DNA of 64,000 bases, from positions 5,146,001 to 5,210,000 of the forward strand of contig JBNJNM010000011.1 in assembly GCA_052426225.1 (NCBI GenBank), read 5' to 3'. Positions 26,801 through 36,026 of this stretch are shown here, piece after piece (positions within the stretch are counted from its first letter, which is position 1; each line of letters opens with the position of its first letter). Made by a program: the position numbers and the translations under genes. Origin of the DNA: Zancudomyces culisetae HAW-14-8 (Eukaryota > Fungi > Kickxellomycota). Below the pieces are notes generated by a model, which was not told the DNA's origin, made no database searches, and worked only from the letters and a program-made list of their open reading frames with translations.

Positions 26801-27082
26801 TTTTAAGTATCCTTTTTTCAGTTCTATCAGCAATCTTTCCAATATTTTTACATATTGCTCAGTCTCTAGATTTGGCTTGCAGTTATTATTAAAGAACTTT
26901 ATAAAATCAAGAACCACTCTTAATCGAGACCCGTCGTTTTCATCAAACACTAGGTGTTGGTAGTCGTTTTCCTGCTGAAATTCCAATGATATTTGATACA
27001 TATAGTCATATATACCACTATCCACTTGTATGGGACAGTTGTCCTTGTAAAGATATATTTTGGAATATTTCTTGCTCTCCAT
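14888..27082 (-). CDS. FAS2: Single-chain (fused beta+alpha) type I fatty acid synthase: AT-ER-DH-MPT-ACP-KR-KS-PPT, intronless, 4064 aa
   Basis: AT GHSQG; ER GGRGGGHHS; DH TADLNPIH..LPGTIVHGMW; MPT FTGQGSQ, GHSLGEF, VPFHS; ACP GKSAMQNE; KR VTGCGKGSIG, YAESK; KS SGTCATG, HGTST, GHTKG; C-terminal AcpS-like PPT (SFAG..AAK.., VSISHTD). Confidence 0.97.
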   Translation of the reverse strand: MESKKYSKIYLYKDNCPIQVDSGIYDYMYQISLEFQQENDYQHLVFDENDGSRLRVVLDFIKFFNNNCKPNLETEQYVKILERLLIELKKGYLKDNDIHVGVKDYEYDLQQEYIKLFVESDFTLSQCINDSDGDSDKLGITKSKLLMLASQGTVGLFGVFGGQGVTDNYFEEIKEYYNTYRPLVYPFVKEASTYLKNIFKAIDQEISIEKELNILEWLEQKEPVPDSQFFSQVSVSFPLIGLLQLISYMVLYKSLSSTPGCISGYFKGFVGHSQGSIAAVAVASSTDEKSYIFNSLKALGILSILGNVVQKRLRDDAFDTGFPIIDKKIFLGKPSNMLLVDKISIQELKLLTASLNKGLKPEKKNYVSIRNGIKSFVVSGPKNSLLLLLRKMNELYTRQNKNLKTDSSSLRRSHIPSSMFLNIMAPFHSEHLRKYVEEMVRFTKVYNCEFSNEELLIPVYSSFDGRSLVTCKNLTRTLIEEICAKKLDWIKATELKDITHIVDFGPGGISGIGSLTANNKLGTGVQVIFASTNKIIPEDTKTLVDLLNNDPNSVTYSQNWEKEFGPKIVQNKYTGSLMLDTRMTRLLGKPHIMVAGMTPSTIGSDFVSSVLNSGYHIELAGGGHYSEASLREEVEKIRRNIGPGDGITVNVIFLNARMASLQLPLLNRMRLEGAPIDGVCISAGVPSLETSTELIEGMIQCGIKHISFKPGNAESIRQVVLVAKNNPKMNIILQWTGGRGGGHHSSEDFHQPILETYAEIRMCENVVLVAGSGFGGDKDTLPYITGDWSMAYERPRMPFDGILLGSRMMVAKECPTSYKVKQLIVDTPGVPDIKWADTYNGPAGGIISVISELGQPIHMIANRAVMLWDELDKTIFSLPVEERKKILKQKKEYIIGRLNKDYQRPWFGRKENGDVCDLEEMTYSEVIFRMVDLMFDHKNDKWIHSSYMDVFEDFLRRVEERFSKPNQSSVLHSRNQILNPMMATSVITESYKDCGYVHILLQDIHYFLDICQISGRKPVPFIPILDENLDSWFKKDSLWQSEYLDSVVGQDAQKVCILQGPVAVSYANVVDEPVSDILNGINQSHIRSLLNTMYEGDETRVPEIEYSVEIGVNTTKTLPGTIECVSMANKKTFKLLQDDTDRLPTSDEWYSVLCGGKQSWLSALLFSRSIVRGEDVTENNIRSTLAPIPKTTTTIHFDDSGYPTELCVENEHHFKSIKILYECKDKTITITMNDKPDANTYSVFFKFSYKPETPYALIHEIVNERNSRVSEFYKQLWVHHPEQYTMHVDETGERTVIQNSVIVSPKDVAKFCQVVDNTSHQYVYNNIEGYSYIPMDFVFSILWGAICTASHNCADANMLDIVHYSVKLESLCDYQLLKTSDNLSATARLLSVTNSPMGKMTTSEGILMKDGVPHYKVVTSSLFRGKFNDYQNTFSIKDETKAKISLNTEEDLKVLQSKEWLIAGENYNRLVQVGSVLVFNLVSSVRYKGIKEFSSVKTVGSVEVLSQNTLPVEVGCVDYESGHAYGNPVLAYLERNGEPFDEPQYFEDGGYSAIPKDLRHLAISHTRISNKEFALVTADLNPIHTNIFFANLSGLPGTIVHGMWTSAATRRVVETCAAEGHPERVAVYEVNFLDMVLPGDTLETKLTHVGMRNGRKIIKVETFTSIGNKVLEGVAEINPPKTAYLFTGQGSQVVNMGVDLYNGSEAVKEIWNSVDKYMDDLYGFSLLEIIRLNPSEKTIYFGGSRGKEIRTRYINMRYEITNKQGESEYISIFPEINERSESYTFRSPTGLLNATQFTQPSIMLFAMAASQDMLNNNLVHKDLVFAGHSLGEFCALLVMGGMVKVETMIELVFYRGLAMQLSVERNKEGASKYGMVAFNPSRIASKFMEMMFEKVVDMIKEKRPGLMEIVNYNIYNWQYVIAGELVLLDIFSQVTDVLFYQKEQLNGIFKKSHDTESEDIVDTEMMQEFSAFVEKTICQIIAKSDKKYNASNGYISLTRSKCTIPIPGIDVPFHSSFLLSGVPLMRQFLHKSITKENVVVEQLERRYIPNVTGKMFAVSKAYFEMVYSATHSPHLREVIDHWDESHLADRHEKQRLGHILLVELLSYQFASPVQWIETQNTIFGDCNIEQAIEVGPSSVLVGMATRTIHAKFKDQDDLEGIQRTILHCISDKEFIYHANRQNESNEPQESNASLPISSKKLSTDKQSEAAGTQTSTSRPSEQVTKPAETATPTATPADLHYSPALENSSGDGNISQGVAAQIEDVKITAREIITSIVAQKLKKGYTDISDSKSIKDLVNGKSAMQNEIISDLQKEFQNQLPDKAEEMPLVELFGQLNNSSGGLGPFSSVRVSKLVNSKMPGGFTIPKIKEMLNKKYGLGPLRADCLLLLGTTFEPENRLANEKDMNSWLEIVANQYAKIFGIQYSQKSETSNVGTSGVTIDSKEFNEYVSHYKKLLSSQQIAISDFLGRDVSNESLTTLDDIEASYRKAKHQLDIWESEYDERYSDGIKPIFTSLKCRIFDSYWNWVEWQLERVFYDTLNLTTDVKAGDLDSEKPYFVNKSTPRLVASIKYKIKLLESNKLVNLHNHYNIVQLKLFLSDLLESCEMAVDKSPLYYGIMQYYGPKTTISNKGDIEYNEVQREGINDIIDYINSMTFGIDTGDRFDEQNEQHLLTEELLHKLSAALNLPEKLTSDDLEKISNEIRNVKNKTDGFKTKIRTLNNVEKTHIKSGLLFEDYVKFADSMIYKDRLPFLHLRRRHRYDTFNYDKASTLYYLGALLDISFNGITFASKNVLVTGCGKGSIGIEIVKALLMGGANVIATTSKFSYSAAKRFEKLYKKYGSKGSSLTLLPFNQSSQQDVNSLVDYIFLPKKSRGLGMILDAVVPFGAMSEVGKDITNLDSVSEVAHRTMMVNILRLIGRVKINKEKYGIKMRSTMVFVPLSLNHGGFGGDGLYAESKIGLETLFDKWAAESWGEYISIAGVVVGWARGTGLMNQNNILAEGMEKQGGKTFSTKEVAFNVLGLLHPEIRRLCDERPIYADISGGFGFILEFSKKTFMIRQDLINQSLIQKQIKYETSFDFKTTEGENVEDIYKQVEIKQRSNLRIDFPKLRDYSELKEKFGVGEMLNLDKTVVVVGFGEVGPFGSAETRWDMEIHDEYSNDGCIMLGWIMGFIRYHRGTLPNGQRYQGWVDAKSGDPVEDTKIKLIYGKLITEHSGLRRVDPELLEGYDPDCRKVIREVVIHEKMKPIKTTEEEARYFKLKHKETVEIWKGSGDDWFVRFLAGTKIFLPKASKFEWFVSGLVPKFWTAERYGLPLEICKRIDDLTAFCLVATNDAFMRAGIEDPYELFKFVHVSEIGNSIGSAVGGSKLAFTTLKRRYNSEYIEGGVFDECYCSSMANWVNKYILPSSGPFVVPSGTCATGAVSIDIAVQSLITGKAKIMLSGGHDDVTEECSMEFANMQATANSTTDFACGRTAKEMSRPFTSTRHGFMDSQGSAVQILMTAATALEIGLPIYGIIAYSGTSSDKVGRSFPAPGKGLITSVRESPRSIINPLLNISYRRRQLKKRLEEVDSWFSNQLNTLITDFTGHSSKSLSLNDLNEINITSPQKISELNAKLVFLNDQYSRLKKNARDYWSYDFWLKNPSISPIRGSLAAFGLTADDIDFVNCHGTSTAANDNNESEVLASQFKKLGRTYGNVCPAVSQKGLMGHTKGGAAAFAINGVLQSILTGVIPGSHNADNISNEFEDHFYVYHPSRSIKKPFIKACLMKSLGFGQIGAEILVLNPDYLFSSISEDKYLEYKSKVSKRNMYANKIFFNTMTTTKLYLTEKQRLYDESNEVSILLNPNARAEYSVEFDTFRISAEQNTSNRITSIVTPSHVYATIKSLTANAVEQDTRAPASITHTQIPKSQPQPQPHQAISTPTFTPRPNTEIIHIKSISVDDSEFIQTHFTELEISYCKSRPSPRASFAGKLAAKTAVLNSIYDYLEKICKVSSPESSPSLGCIKKLSNSDVEIRAVPTEQGGSGAPKVVLNQPISAYLKEHGIVNVVVSISHTDDSAIACALVVT

Positions 27083-27919
27083 TTTTGTGACTTTTCTTTC
27101 TTTATGTCTGTATTTGTTCGGAATATTTATGAGTGTTAGCTTGTTAATGTTCTCTTGGGTTTAATATATTATTGTAGATGTAAATTATTTCAAACGATGT
27201 ATACTGTAAATTGGTATTAGGGCTAAATGGGACAAATTATTTAGTGTTATATTAGTTGCTTTTTTTTAATCCGCTTACAACTTTACATTTAATCAAACAA
27301 TTTCCTCACATAGTTTATTTTTAGAAATAACCCATTTAAATACACAAAGTTAAAAATGCGATCGAATAATATTGAATTAGAATTTTATTTTAGGCTTCTG
27401 CTTGCAAATTTAATTTACCGCGTGCAAATAGGAAATTTTAATTTTTGTTGTCCAGGCTGGAAATAAATAGTGGTAGCTTTCAAAGATAGCTGTAACACCG
27501 TTATCCCTATCCCCTTCCCCCCCCCTCGAAATTATTGTGTAAACCGCATCGATTTGTCCAAAATTCAATAATTAGACCACAGTAAAGTACATTTAATTGC
27601 TCTTAGTAAACCAGACAACGACTGTATATCGGCTTAATTTAGACTTTTTCGATGCATAAATCCAAGATAACCATGGAATTTAATACCAAATAAGACTAAT
27701 GTAATGCCGTTTTTATATTGAAGTTCATGCAAAATAAAAAAATACTAATGTCAAAAGTCAAAGATTCACAAAATGGTGTTTATTTTTGCGCTAATCTTAC
27801 AACCTAGCATTTGAAGGATTGTGTAAAATTTTCATTCGGAGAAAGTGTAAACAAGCTATTAAAAGTCTATAAATAACAATGCGTGGTACAGTATAAATTT
27901 GTATATGTAAACACAAATG

Positions 27920-29065
27920 TTAATACTCAAAGGGTTCATCATCCAGGCCCAACCACTCCTCCACCTCACCGTCCTCATTTGCGTTGAAAAGATCGTCATA
28001 AAATCCTACAAACTCACCATCGACGTATATCTGTGGGAGAGTCATATTCCCAAGGGCTTTGCGTTTCACATAAGATTTGGCTTGCTGATCTGCTGCAATG
28101 CAAACAAAATCAAATTCAATTTCAAATGCCTCCAAAATTCGAAACACCTCTTGGACCTCCTTCTTGTATTTCCTATTTCCAGATACTGTAGAACCATACA
28201 CACGAACCCGAGGAGGTATATATTCTTCCTCGCTTTCACCTCGACCAGAGTTCCCACCAGTAGCCCCTGGGGGATCCAGAGTACTATCATTTTTGCTAAT
28301 TGACGTTGGATTTTCACCTTGAATCTCTAACTTTTTGAAACTCATTTCTTTGCTACTGTCAGATTGTGAGCTCAAAGATTCAGATGGTATGATTTTTCCA
28401 GCACTAGAAAGTTCATCTGTTGTTCTAGTTAAAGTTAAGGCCTCATGTACTTCCTTTGTATTTTTAGGTGTCTGTGCGTTGTCAATTTTGTTCTCTAAAG
28501 TATTGTCTGCTACGACTTTATCGTTCTTTACACCTAAGGAACTTTTCCGTTCTTCTAGATCATGTATATCAACGGCTTTGTCCTTTGAGTCTATACTACT
28601 AACCTCGTTCACCGTAAATTCCTTTTTAGATGAGATATTATCACTGTTTTTTGGCATACATAAATCATCCATATTGGTTTTTGGACTGGATTCAACCCCT
28701 CCATCCTTTTCTTCATAGCTTTCTGGTAACGCCCCACTAGCTGTTGCAGTGATCTCTATATTGCTTTTTTGCAAATCACCAAAGTTATCCGCGAATTTAA
28801 TGTTAGTGTTGTCATCTAAGTTGTTGCTATGTACACTGATTGCTTCGATTAGATTGGCAAGCTCTTGTTCTTTTTTATCATTAGAAATGTCACCATCCAG
28901 TACCTTTCCAGAGTTCCCTACTCCGCTGGTTTTATCTACATCGCCTTCATCTTTGACCACATTTCTGGTCATCGTTCTACGTCTGTTGGAAATGTCACCA
29001 CCTATACGAATTGTCATTTGTGTCAAGCTGTCCGTTCTCTTGGACGGAATTTTTGCAGGATCCAT
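27920..29065 (-). CDS. SH3BGR-like (glutaredoxin-fold) protein with long disordered N-terminus
   Basis: C-terminal RVRVYGSTVSGNRKYKKEVQEVFRILEA..IAAD..LPQIYVDGEFVGFYDDLFNANEDGEVEEWLGL matches the SH3BGR pattern. No CxxC motif. Confidence 0.8.
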   Translation of the reverse strand: MDPAKIPSKRTDSLTQMTIRIGGDISNRRRTMTRNVVKDEGDVDKTSGVGNSGKVLDGDISNDKKEQELANLIEAISVHSNNLDDNTNIKFADNFGDLQKSNIEITATASGALPESYEEKDGGVESSPKTNMDDLCMPKNSDNISSKKEFTVNEVSSIDSKDKAVDIHDLEERKSSLGVKNDKVVADNTLENKIDNAQTPKNTKEVHEALTLTRTTDELSSAGKIIPSESLSSQSDSSKEMSFKKLEIQGENPTSISKNDSTLDPPGATGGNSGRGESEEEYIPPRVRVYGSTVSGNRKYKKEVQEVFRILEAFEIEFDFVCIAADQQAKSYVKRKALGNMTLPQIYVDGEFVGFYDDLFNANEDGEVEEWLGLDDEPFEY

Positions 29066-30558
29066 TGTATTTTTCTACTAGTTACCTATTTTTTCAACAA
29101 AAAAAAAAGGCTTGCATCGCGGATTACATTTGACCAACTGGATTTTTGGTACCTATCCAAATATATATATGATATTTACTTGCTGGTGTTTCCAACATAC
29201 ATTGCCCTTTTCCAAACCCTAGTCGGAAATCATGCCCAAAAAATCTTATTTTTCTTTATCCAAGTCTGGATTTAAAGTGTTATTATAAGGGTTTACGTAA
29301 TTTTTCTAAAAATGAACTTCCCCAAACCTTTCCACAGAATGCGGGCTTTGTTAACTGGATAAACACAGAAAAGAATGTAAAGATGTTGCGAGGTTCCATC
29401 GCCATTCTGAGTTAACTGGGTAGTTTCCCTTTATTGCTTTATAGTTTTCATTTTTGTCTGGTATCTGGAATGGTAAAATTGCCAAAACTCCCAGACATTT
29501 TTTCATTTTCATTCATTGTCAATGTGTAAATTCAAAAATTACATTTTTCATGGTGCCTTAATTCGCTGCTGGAAATTATTTGCATGATAAATGGCAATCC
29601 TTATTTCTTTTTCATTTATGTTTATTTGACGTTTATATTGACAACCCACAGTGTTGTTACTACAATATATTGTTTAAACACTATCCAAATATGGGCTTAC
29701 CAAATATAAATTGCTTAGATATATCACAAACTACTTTTACATGTACTTGTGATTTTGGAAAAATATCATGATTTGTGCACAATTAAAGGAGATTTTCAAC
29801 CACAGTTACCCAAAAATCGCTGGCTACCAAACATCATCCGCGCTTTTCCATCTACTAAAAATCATCCAGTGCTAAACTAGTTGTGCATAGAGTTAGCTGC
29901 TTATTACGAAAATATTGAAACTGAAATAAGCCACACAAAAACAATTACATGTATTGGTTACCAATATCACCGCTGTTGTCCCCACCCAGCTCTGTGAAAT
30001 GTCAAGTAGATCTGACATTTATCCAAGGATAACTTTTTTTCCAACGCAATTGAACTGCCTTCCGTTTTGGTAAATAAAGTATATATTTGTTCAGTAATCT
30101 ATTTCTTATATCTCAGTTACCTGTTCATAATGTATAGTATAGCTAACAAACATTTACATTTGCATATCAAAAAGCCCCTCTCTCACCCCCAAAAAAAAAG
30201 TAAAATACCCTTATCGGCTATTAATTGGCCAAATACAAGAAATCTCTAATGTTTTTTCTGCGAATTACTGCTTAGTGGCAGAGACATCTAAATGTTAATT
30301 GGCTATCAGACTTTAAATCCAATTGAAAATAAGAATAACGAAATCAATATTGAATTTTTTATTTTAATATTGAGCATTTACCTTGAACACAAATTCTTGA
30401 AATAAAAAAAGACTACAAAATCGTAAACAATAAAGAGTAAACTTTCCTGGCAGAGCCCCCAAAAAATAAATAAATAAACAGAGTAAACTCGAGATTAAAA
30501 GGCTAGTCTATTATCCACTGCTATACTTTGTTCACATTTTTACTACAATCATTTTGAA

Positions 30559-31696
30559 ATGAGCGTCGGTACATACGCACCCATTCTTAATAGAGGGCTT
30601 CGATATACTGAAGAGAGCATGAAGGTAGGAAAATTGTTGAAAAGAACACTTAAGGATTGCTAAGATTGGTCGATTATTTTATCTGAGCTTGTATTCTAAC
30701 ACTTACCTTATAGCTCAACGGAAGATGGATTTCGATTCTTCATACGACCTGTGCATATGGTAAGTATTAAACACGTCTATCCTACTACAAAAATTTGAAG
30801 TAACAATGTCTGCTTGACTGGAATAGCCGCATTTTTATCGGCATTGTTCATTGGTTGGAAGCTCCATTTCTTGAAAATAGTAAAAAACCAGCATTATGGC
30901 TATCCACAGGTATAACTCTGTTTATTTATATACCAACCGTTAACATTCGACAAAATATAAACATAATTAAAAGCAAATTAAAAACCCGTATCGAAAATAA
31001 AACTAGGAATGGTTTCCAAGTGTGAGTGCATCGATTGGGGATAGGTATCCAGAAAGAAGTGTATTTCAGATTCTGATCGCACTTACTTGTCCTTTCAGAC
31101 TCATGCTTTTGATATTATGGTACTATTGTACATCTCAGGGAGCTCGAGGTCACGCTATACACACGAAAAAGCCCGTTATTCTATTTATTATAGGTTTTGT
31201 ACGCACTGTAACCTGTGGAGGATGGGCTTATATAACAAGTAGCGATGATCATGATGCCCATGATGTATTTATGATATTGTACATGCTCCTAACTCTCCCC
31301 TATATGCTTATGTCCATTTCCACAGGCTCTTCGCTGACCTTGCTATCTAAAATTAGTCCAAGCACCTCATCCACTGCCACTAAATACAGAAAGATTGTGG
31401 CGAGTGCATTTTTTTTGGCCATTGTGCCTATGGTCTACTATTTTATTCAACACAAAGTTCACGCCGTCGCTGGAGGTAACAATCTTATTTTTTTAAGTGT
31501 TTATATGACAAAATCATTGAAAAGTTGAAAATACGTGCTAAAATGTTGTACATTATCTATAGCATACTCGATATACGCCCTGTTTGAATGGCTTCTTATA
31601 CTGCTTGATGTCCTATTTGATCATATGTCTATTTATGAATTTGAGTTAGTAGAACTTGCTATTTCAAAGGATTTGAACATTTCTAAAAATTTATAG
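30559..31696 (+). CDS. CWH43: Stand-alone Frag1/PGAP2-like protein (N-terminal domain of fungal Cwh43), 5 exons; GPI remodelling
   Basis: Spliced WISILHTTCAY|AAFLSALFIG..KIVKNQHYGYPQ|EWFPSVSASIGDRYPERSVFQILIALT.PFR..RTVTCGGWAYITSSDDHDAHDVFMILY..FIQHKVHAVAG|AYSIYALFEW..DVLFD. Stop TAG at 31694-31696. Confidence 0.85.
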
Positions 31697-31817
31697 GATA
31701 TTTTCAACCTTTATTTGGTTTTTTTTAATATAGTTAATACCTAAAAGCATAAACTTTGAATTCAGACTAATACAAATCCCAGTTATTTTAATGTACTAGC
31801 AAAACCACACAAAAAAG

Positions 31818-32799
31818 CTATATAAACCCTTGACTTGGTGAACACAGCTTTTGTTGTATCAATAACATTTTTTTAACGAAGTACTTGTCCATAGTTTTTC
31901 TAAGGTCGATGGACTTAATTAGATCATTATTAGGTATTCCAAATAACTCGTTGGAATGAAGCTTGAACTCAATCAAAGGTTGTAGTGTAGAATTTGCATG
32001 AAATAAAAAGGGAACATCCTTTTGCAGGGTCGGTTTGCTTATAACTGGTCTATTAGACTCGACTGTGAGGTCCGTATTATCACATGTTTTATATATTGAC
32101 TTTATGCTACTCCAGATAAAAGGATATTCTTTGAGTAGCTCCTCAATAATAGATACACATTCTCTGTCAATTTTACTTAGTTGGGACCATCTATATTCTG
32201 TTTAAAAAAAAACGGATTAATTTCAATAAACTACATCAATCGCTTAGCTGTAAAATTACATGCACTTGCCATATTTTCCGCATCTAACAAGCTCGTATAC
32301 CTTGATTTCCTCTTTTGATAACCTTTCATTAATGCCGTGTGGTAGTATAAAGCTGAACTTGAACACACTAGCATATATTACATAGTTAGCCATATATAGC
32401 TACGAATTAGTTATACCATCTTGCCTTACCTCGAAAACATGTTAACTTCACTATTTACAGATGCTAAACTTGAACCACTTAGGCTTCTATAATCATCTAT
32501 TGAACCTATATCATCTATAAAAAAATAGCACTGTTTAAACATTGGTTTGGCAAAAACGATAGTTTGAAAGTATAACAACGATGACTATTATTGATCTTAC
32601 CATCCAAACAACTGATTACTTCTATTTCCGAATCGCTATCATTGGCTGATATTTCGACCTCAGGTTTTTTGGGCTTGGTTATATATGAGCCATCCTCAGA
32701 CTGTACTTTACTAAAAGATCCACATTTCAATGGTTTATCCCCAATGTTTAATGCATATGCGGGTACTTTGGTTTTAATGTACTCTGAGTTGTACGCCAT
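31818..32799 (-). CDS. Hypothetical protein, 4 exons, third intron GC-AG
   Basis: Exons 32799-32601, 32514-32430, ~32352-32270, 32197-31818 splice in frame (MAYNSEY..CLD|DDIGSIDD..MFSS|FILPHGINERLSKEEIKVYELVRCGKY|EYRWSQLSKIDRECVSIIEELLKEYPFIW..). No family recognised. Confidence 0.6.
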
Positions 32800-35700
32800 T
32801 TTTTTATATTAAGAATTTTAAGATGTTACATAAAGTCAAGTAAAAGAAGCAAAAAAAGCAAAAGACATCTTCAAGAGCACGCTCTAAATTAAATAACAGC
32901 ATTCGATAGTTAATAGATACTTTACAGTGTACCATGTAGATAAAAAACTATAACAATCAAACTGAACCGCATACACTTTACATCCCAGTTTTTAATTAAA
33001 TAAAGCAAAAATATAAATAAAATAATAAAATTACCAAAAATAACACAGATATCATGTTCTGCTATTGTGTATTTTAGCTTAGTAATGGTATTCGCGTGTA
33101 GAATACATTATATTTTTTTTTTTGTGACTAAAATGACAATTAATTTTTATTTAATAAGAAAGGTACTATGTTTCTATATATTGGGACTGTTATCTGATAA
33201 CTTTTATCTTTTCTTCATATGTGCAAACACGCTTTCCCCACAATTATTGGGAAAAGACATGTATGTAGTTCACTACATTTGCCACAAAAATTTCTGATTA
33301 ACCTCGCCAAAACTACAAAACCATATTTACTGATTTTATTATTATAGAGTATAATTAACTTGAAATGTCAGTGGGTACTTTAACGATAAAATAAAACGTT
33401 ATAAAATGCCACTCAGTAAGTTATTTTTAATGAAATTATTAATATATTGGTAGGGTTGTACAAATGAATCTCTGATGAGAGGGAACCAGAATTTGTGAAA
33501 GTGTAACTTACCCACTCATCACAGTATATGTATGAAAATGTAGTGACTGTCTAATACTTGTTTGTGAAAAACAGAGATATTCCTAAGGAACCATTATTCT
33601 ATCACCAACCATTATCAACCTTTAATATAGTTATGGTACTGTACAATACCTCAACCTGAGGACCATTCTTTTCAAGATAACTCCTTGTCTGCTATTACCT
33701 ATCACAACTCGGTTAAAAGAAATTTAATATTTTATCGGTTGTTTGTATGAAATAAACATGTATGATCAAGTTTATGTTTTGGCATTGTTAAGAATAAAAG
33801 GTTTGAAAAATTACAAATGTCTATACACCAAGTATGCAGTTTAATCACAAACCTATTGCTTTATTTCTAGAGCTTTTATCATAGCTAAGGAACGACAAAA
33901 GTTACCAGAACTTAAGTATGACTTCACAACTTTTTATTTATAAAAGTCCACCTCTTTGTGTTTATGATACAATAGATGATTCGATTGCTAACCAAAAAAC
34001 AAAATATTTATTTGGAGATTTAGAGTTGTAAATAAAAACGTTAAATTCTTAAAGATGCTTGTGGCTAAATACTATTAACATAGCCAAAAATCAGCAATTC
34101 TGAATGTAATACTTTGTAAAAAATAAAGTCATAGATGATAGTAAAGTATGAAGGTAAAAAAATATGAAATTTATCCTTTTAGTATTATTCGTTTTTTGTG
34201 GAAATGTTTTACATGGAGTAAGGTATATTTTAGTATAGTTGTCAACCTGAAAATAGCACTGAACGCCCCACAGCATGAAATTTGCAATGGAGAAAAGAAA
34301 CCAAGTTAAGGAAATCACGCACTTGAATATAAATTGCTTGGGATAAGAAACCATTGGTCATATCTAGATTTATTTTTTATGATGAATCTGTTTATTGCAA
34401 ATAACCCAAGCTAAACATCTTGACTAGAATCGCATTCAATTGGGACGAAATGCTTTCAATTGCAAACATAAAAAGTTTAATGAATAACCTAAAACTATCC
34501 ATAGCAATGACAATATGGAACATTTTTGCGGATGTGCAGAAATTTTATTACCAAACAACCCCCTACATGTTTACTAATCATTTGAACACGGGATGTAATA
34601 CAGTAACTCTACTATCTATGATGATAGAGTAAGCAAATAGGAACCTAGGATCCAAATGATCCAAATAATCCAAATAATCTGATTTCGACCCAGGTTGAGC
34701 ACACGTCATCAGAGTCTCAAAATGTACAAAATCAATCTCGTATTTAGTTTTCCTTAGTTTTATTTCAATTTAATAATAAACAACGAGCAAAAGAGCTTAA
34801 AGCAATGACAAATTGAGTTGGCGTCAAAGGAAATAGTTACAATCCAAAAATAGTCATATAACTTCCAAATAATAGCAATGTGATATTTCTATTTTTTTCG
34901 TTTTTTGTCAGTTTCAAGTTCATAAAGTAAATGATAGATTTCACAGTTAAGGAGCAGTTCTAGGCTGTGCTTTACGTATATTTATTCAAATTATCGGTAA
35001 TACGCACTGCCAATATATCTAATATGAATTTTTATTCTGAAAAAATGACGTGTTTGTATTGGAATATCCAAAGTGTTGTGAGCCGAAATTCCGTGCTCTG
35101 TTAAGAATAGTATTTTTCTTCCAATACTTAATTCGATTAATCAACTATTTTTTTAATTTTGTCATTGGTTGGCTAAAAATAACATGTTGTTAACCTAGTC
35201 AAGTATCTAACTCAGTACAGTTGAAAATATTTTTTTAGGTGTTTAGTTTATTGAGCTTTTGGGGTCTCGCTTTGTTTAGAATTACCTTTAGAGCAGTTAA
35301 CTGTTACCGGCATTCCTAGAATGTCACTTGATTTAGAGTGCAAATACAGCACATACCCACTGTTTCAGAGTTTTGAGTTTTGAAGTTTAGTTTTAGTTTT
35401 AACAGTATAGTTGATAGCATGACTAAAAGATTCTTTTACCATTATTGGGACAGTTCAAACTAAAAAAAATAAAGCCTATTGAAAAAATACTTGGTTTGGT
35501 TATTCATTTGAAAAAAATATATATCCAGATTCCAAAGAACTATTGGGTATTTTTTTACACCTTGAACAATGATTCAGCCTCAAGTATATAAACGAATTTG
35601 TTGATTCTGGATTCTGGGTTCTGAAATATGGAAAATGGAAAATGGAAAATGGAACTAAAATTTTGAGTATAATAGGCAAGACGGCGCATATCCAAACAAC

Positions 35701-36026
35701 AAAGAGTTTTGGGAATTTTGTTTTCCAATTTAGATAATTTTAAAATTCGCCAGTAATATTGACAGTATGGGTGATCTACTATTTTATTTGAAGAATGTGC
35801 CAATAAATCATCAAAAATTAGCTAACACGGACTTGCGTCAAAAACAAGAGGAAACAAAAAAAATCATGTCTGTTTGAATGTATGCTTTAAACAATACTAG
35901 CAAATACATAACAGGACTGTGCCTATTTATAAGAAATAGAAATGCCATTGTAAATAATTACAAGAAAGAATAAATCATTTAATTGCGCAAATATGACATG
36001 CTAACAGTAATACGAGACAAAACACA

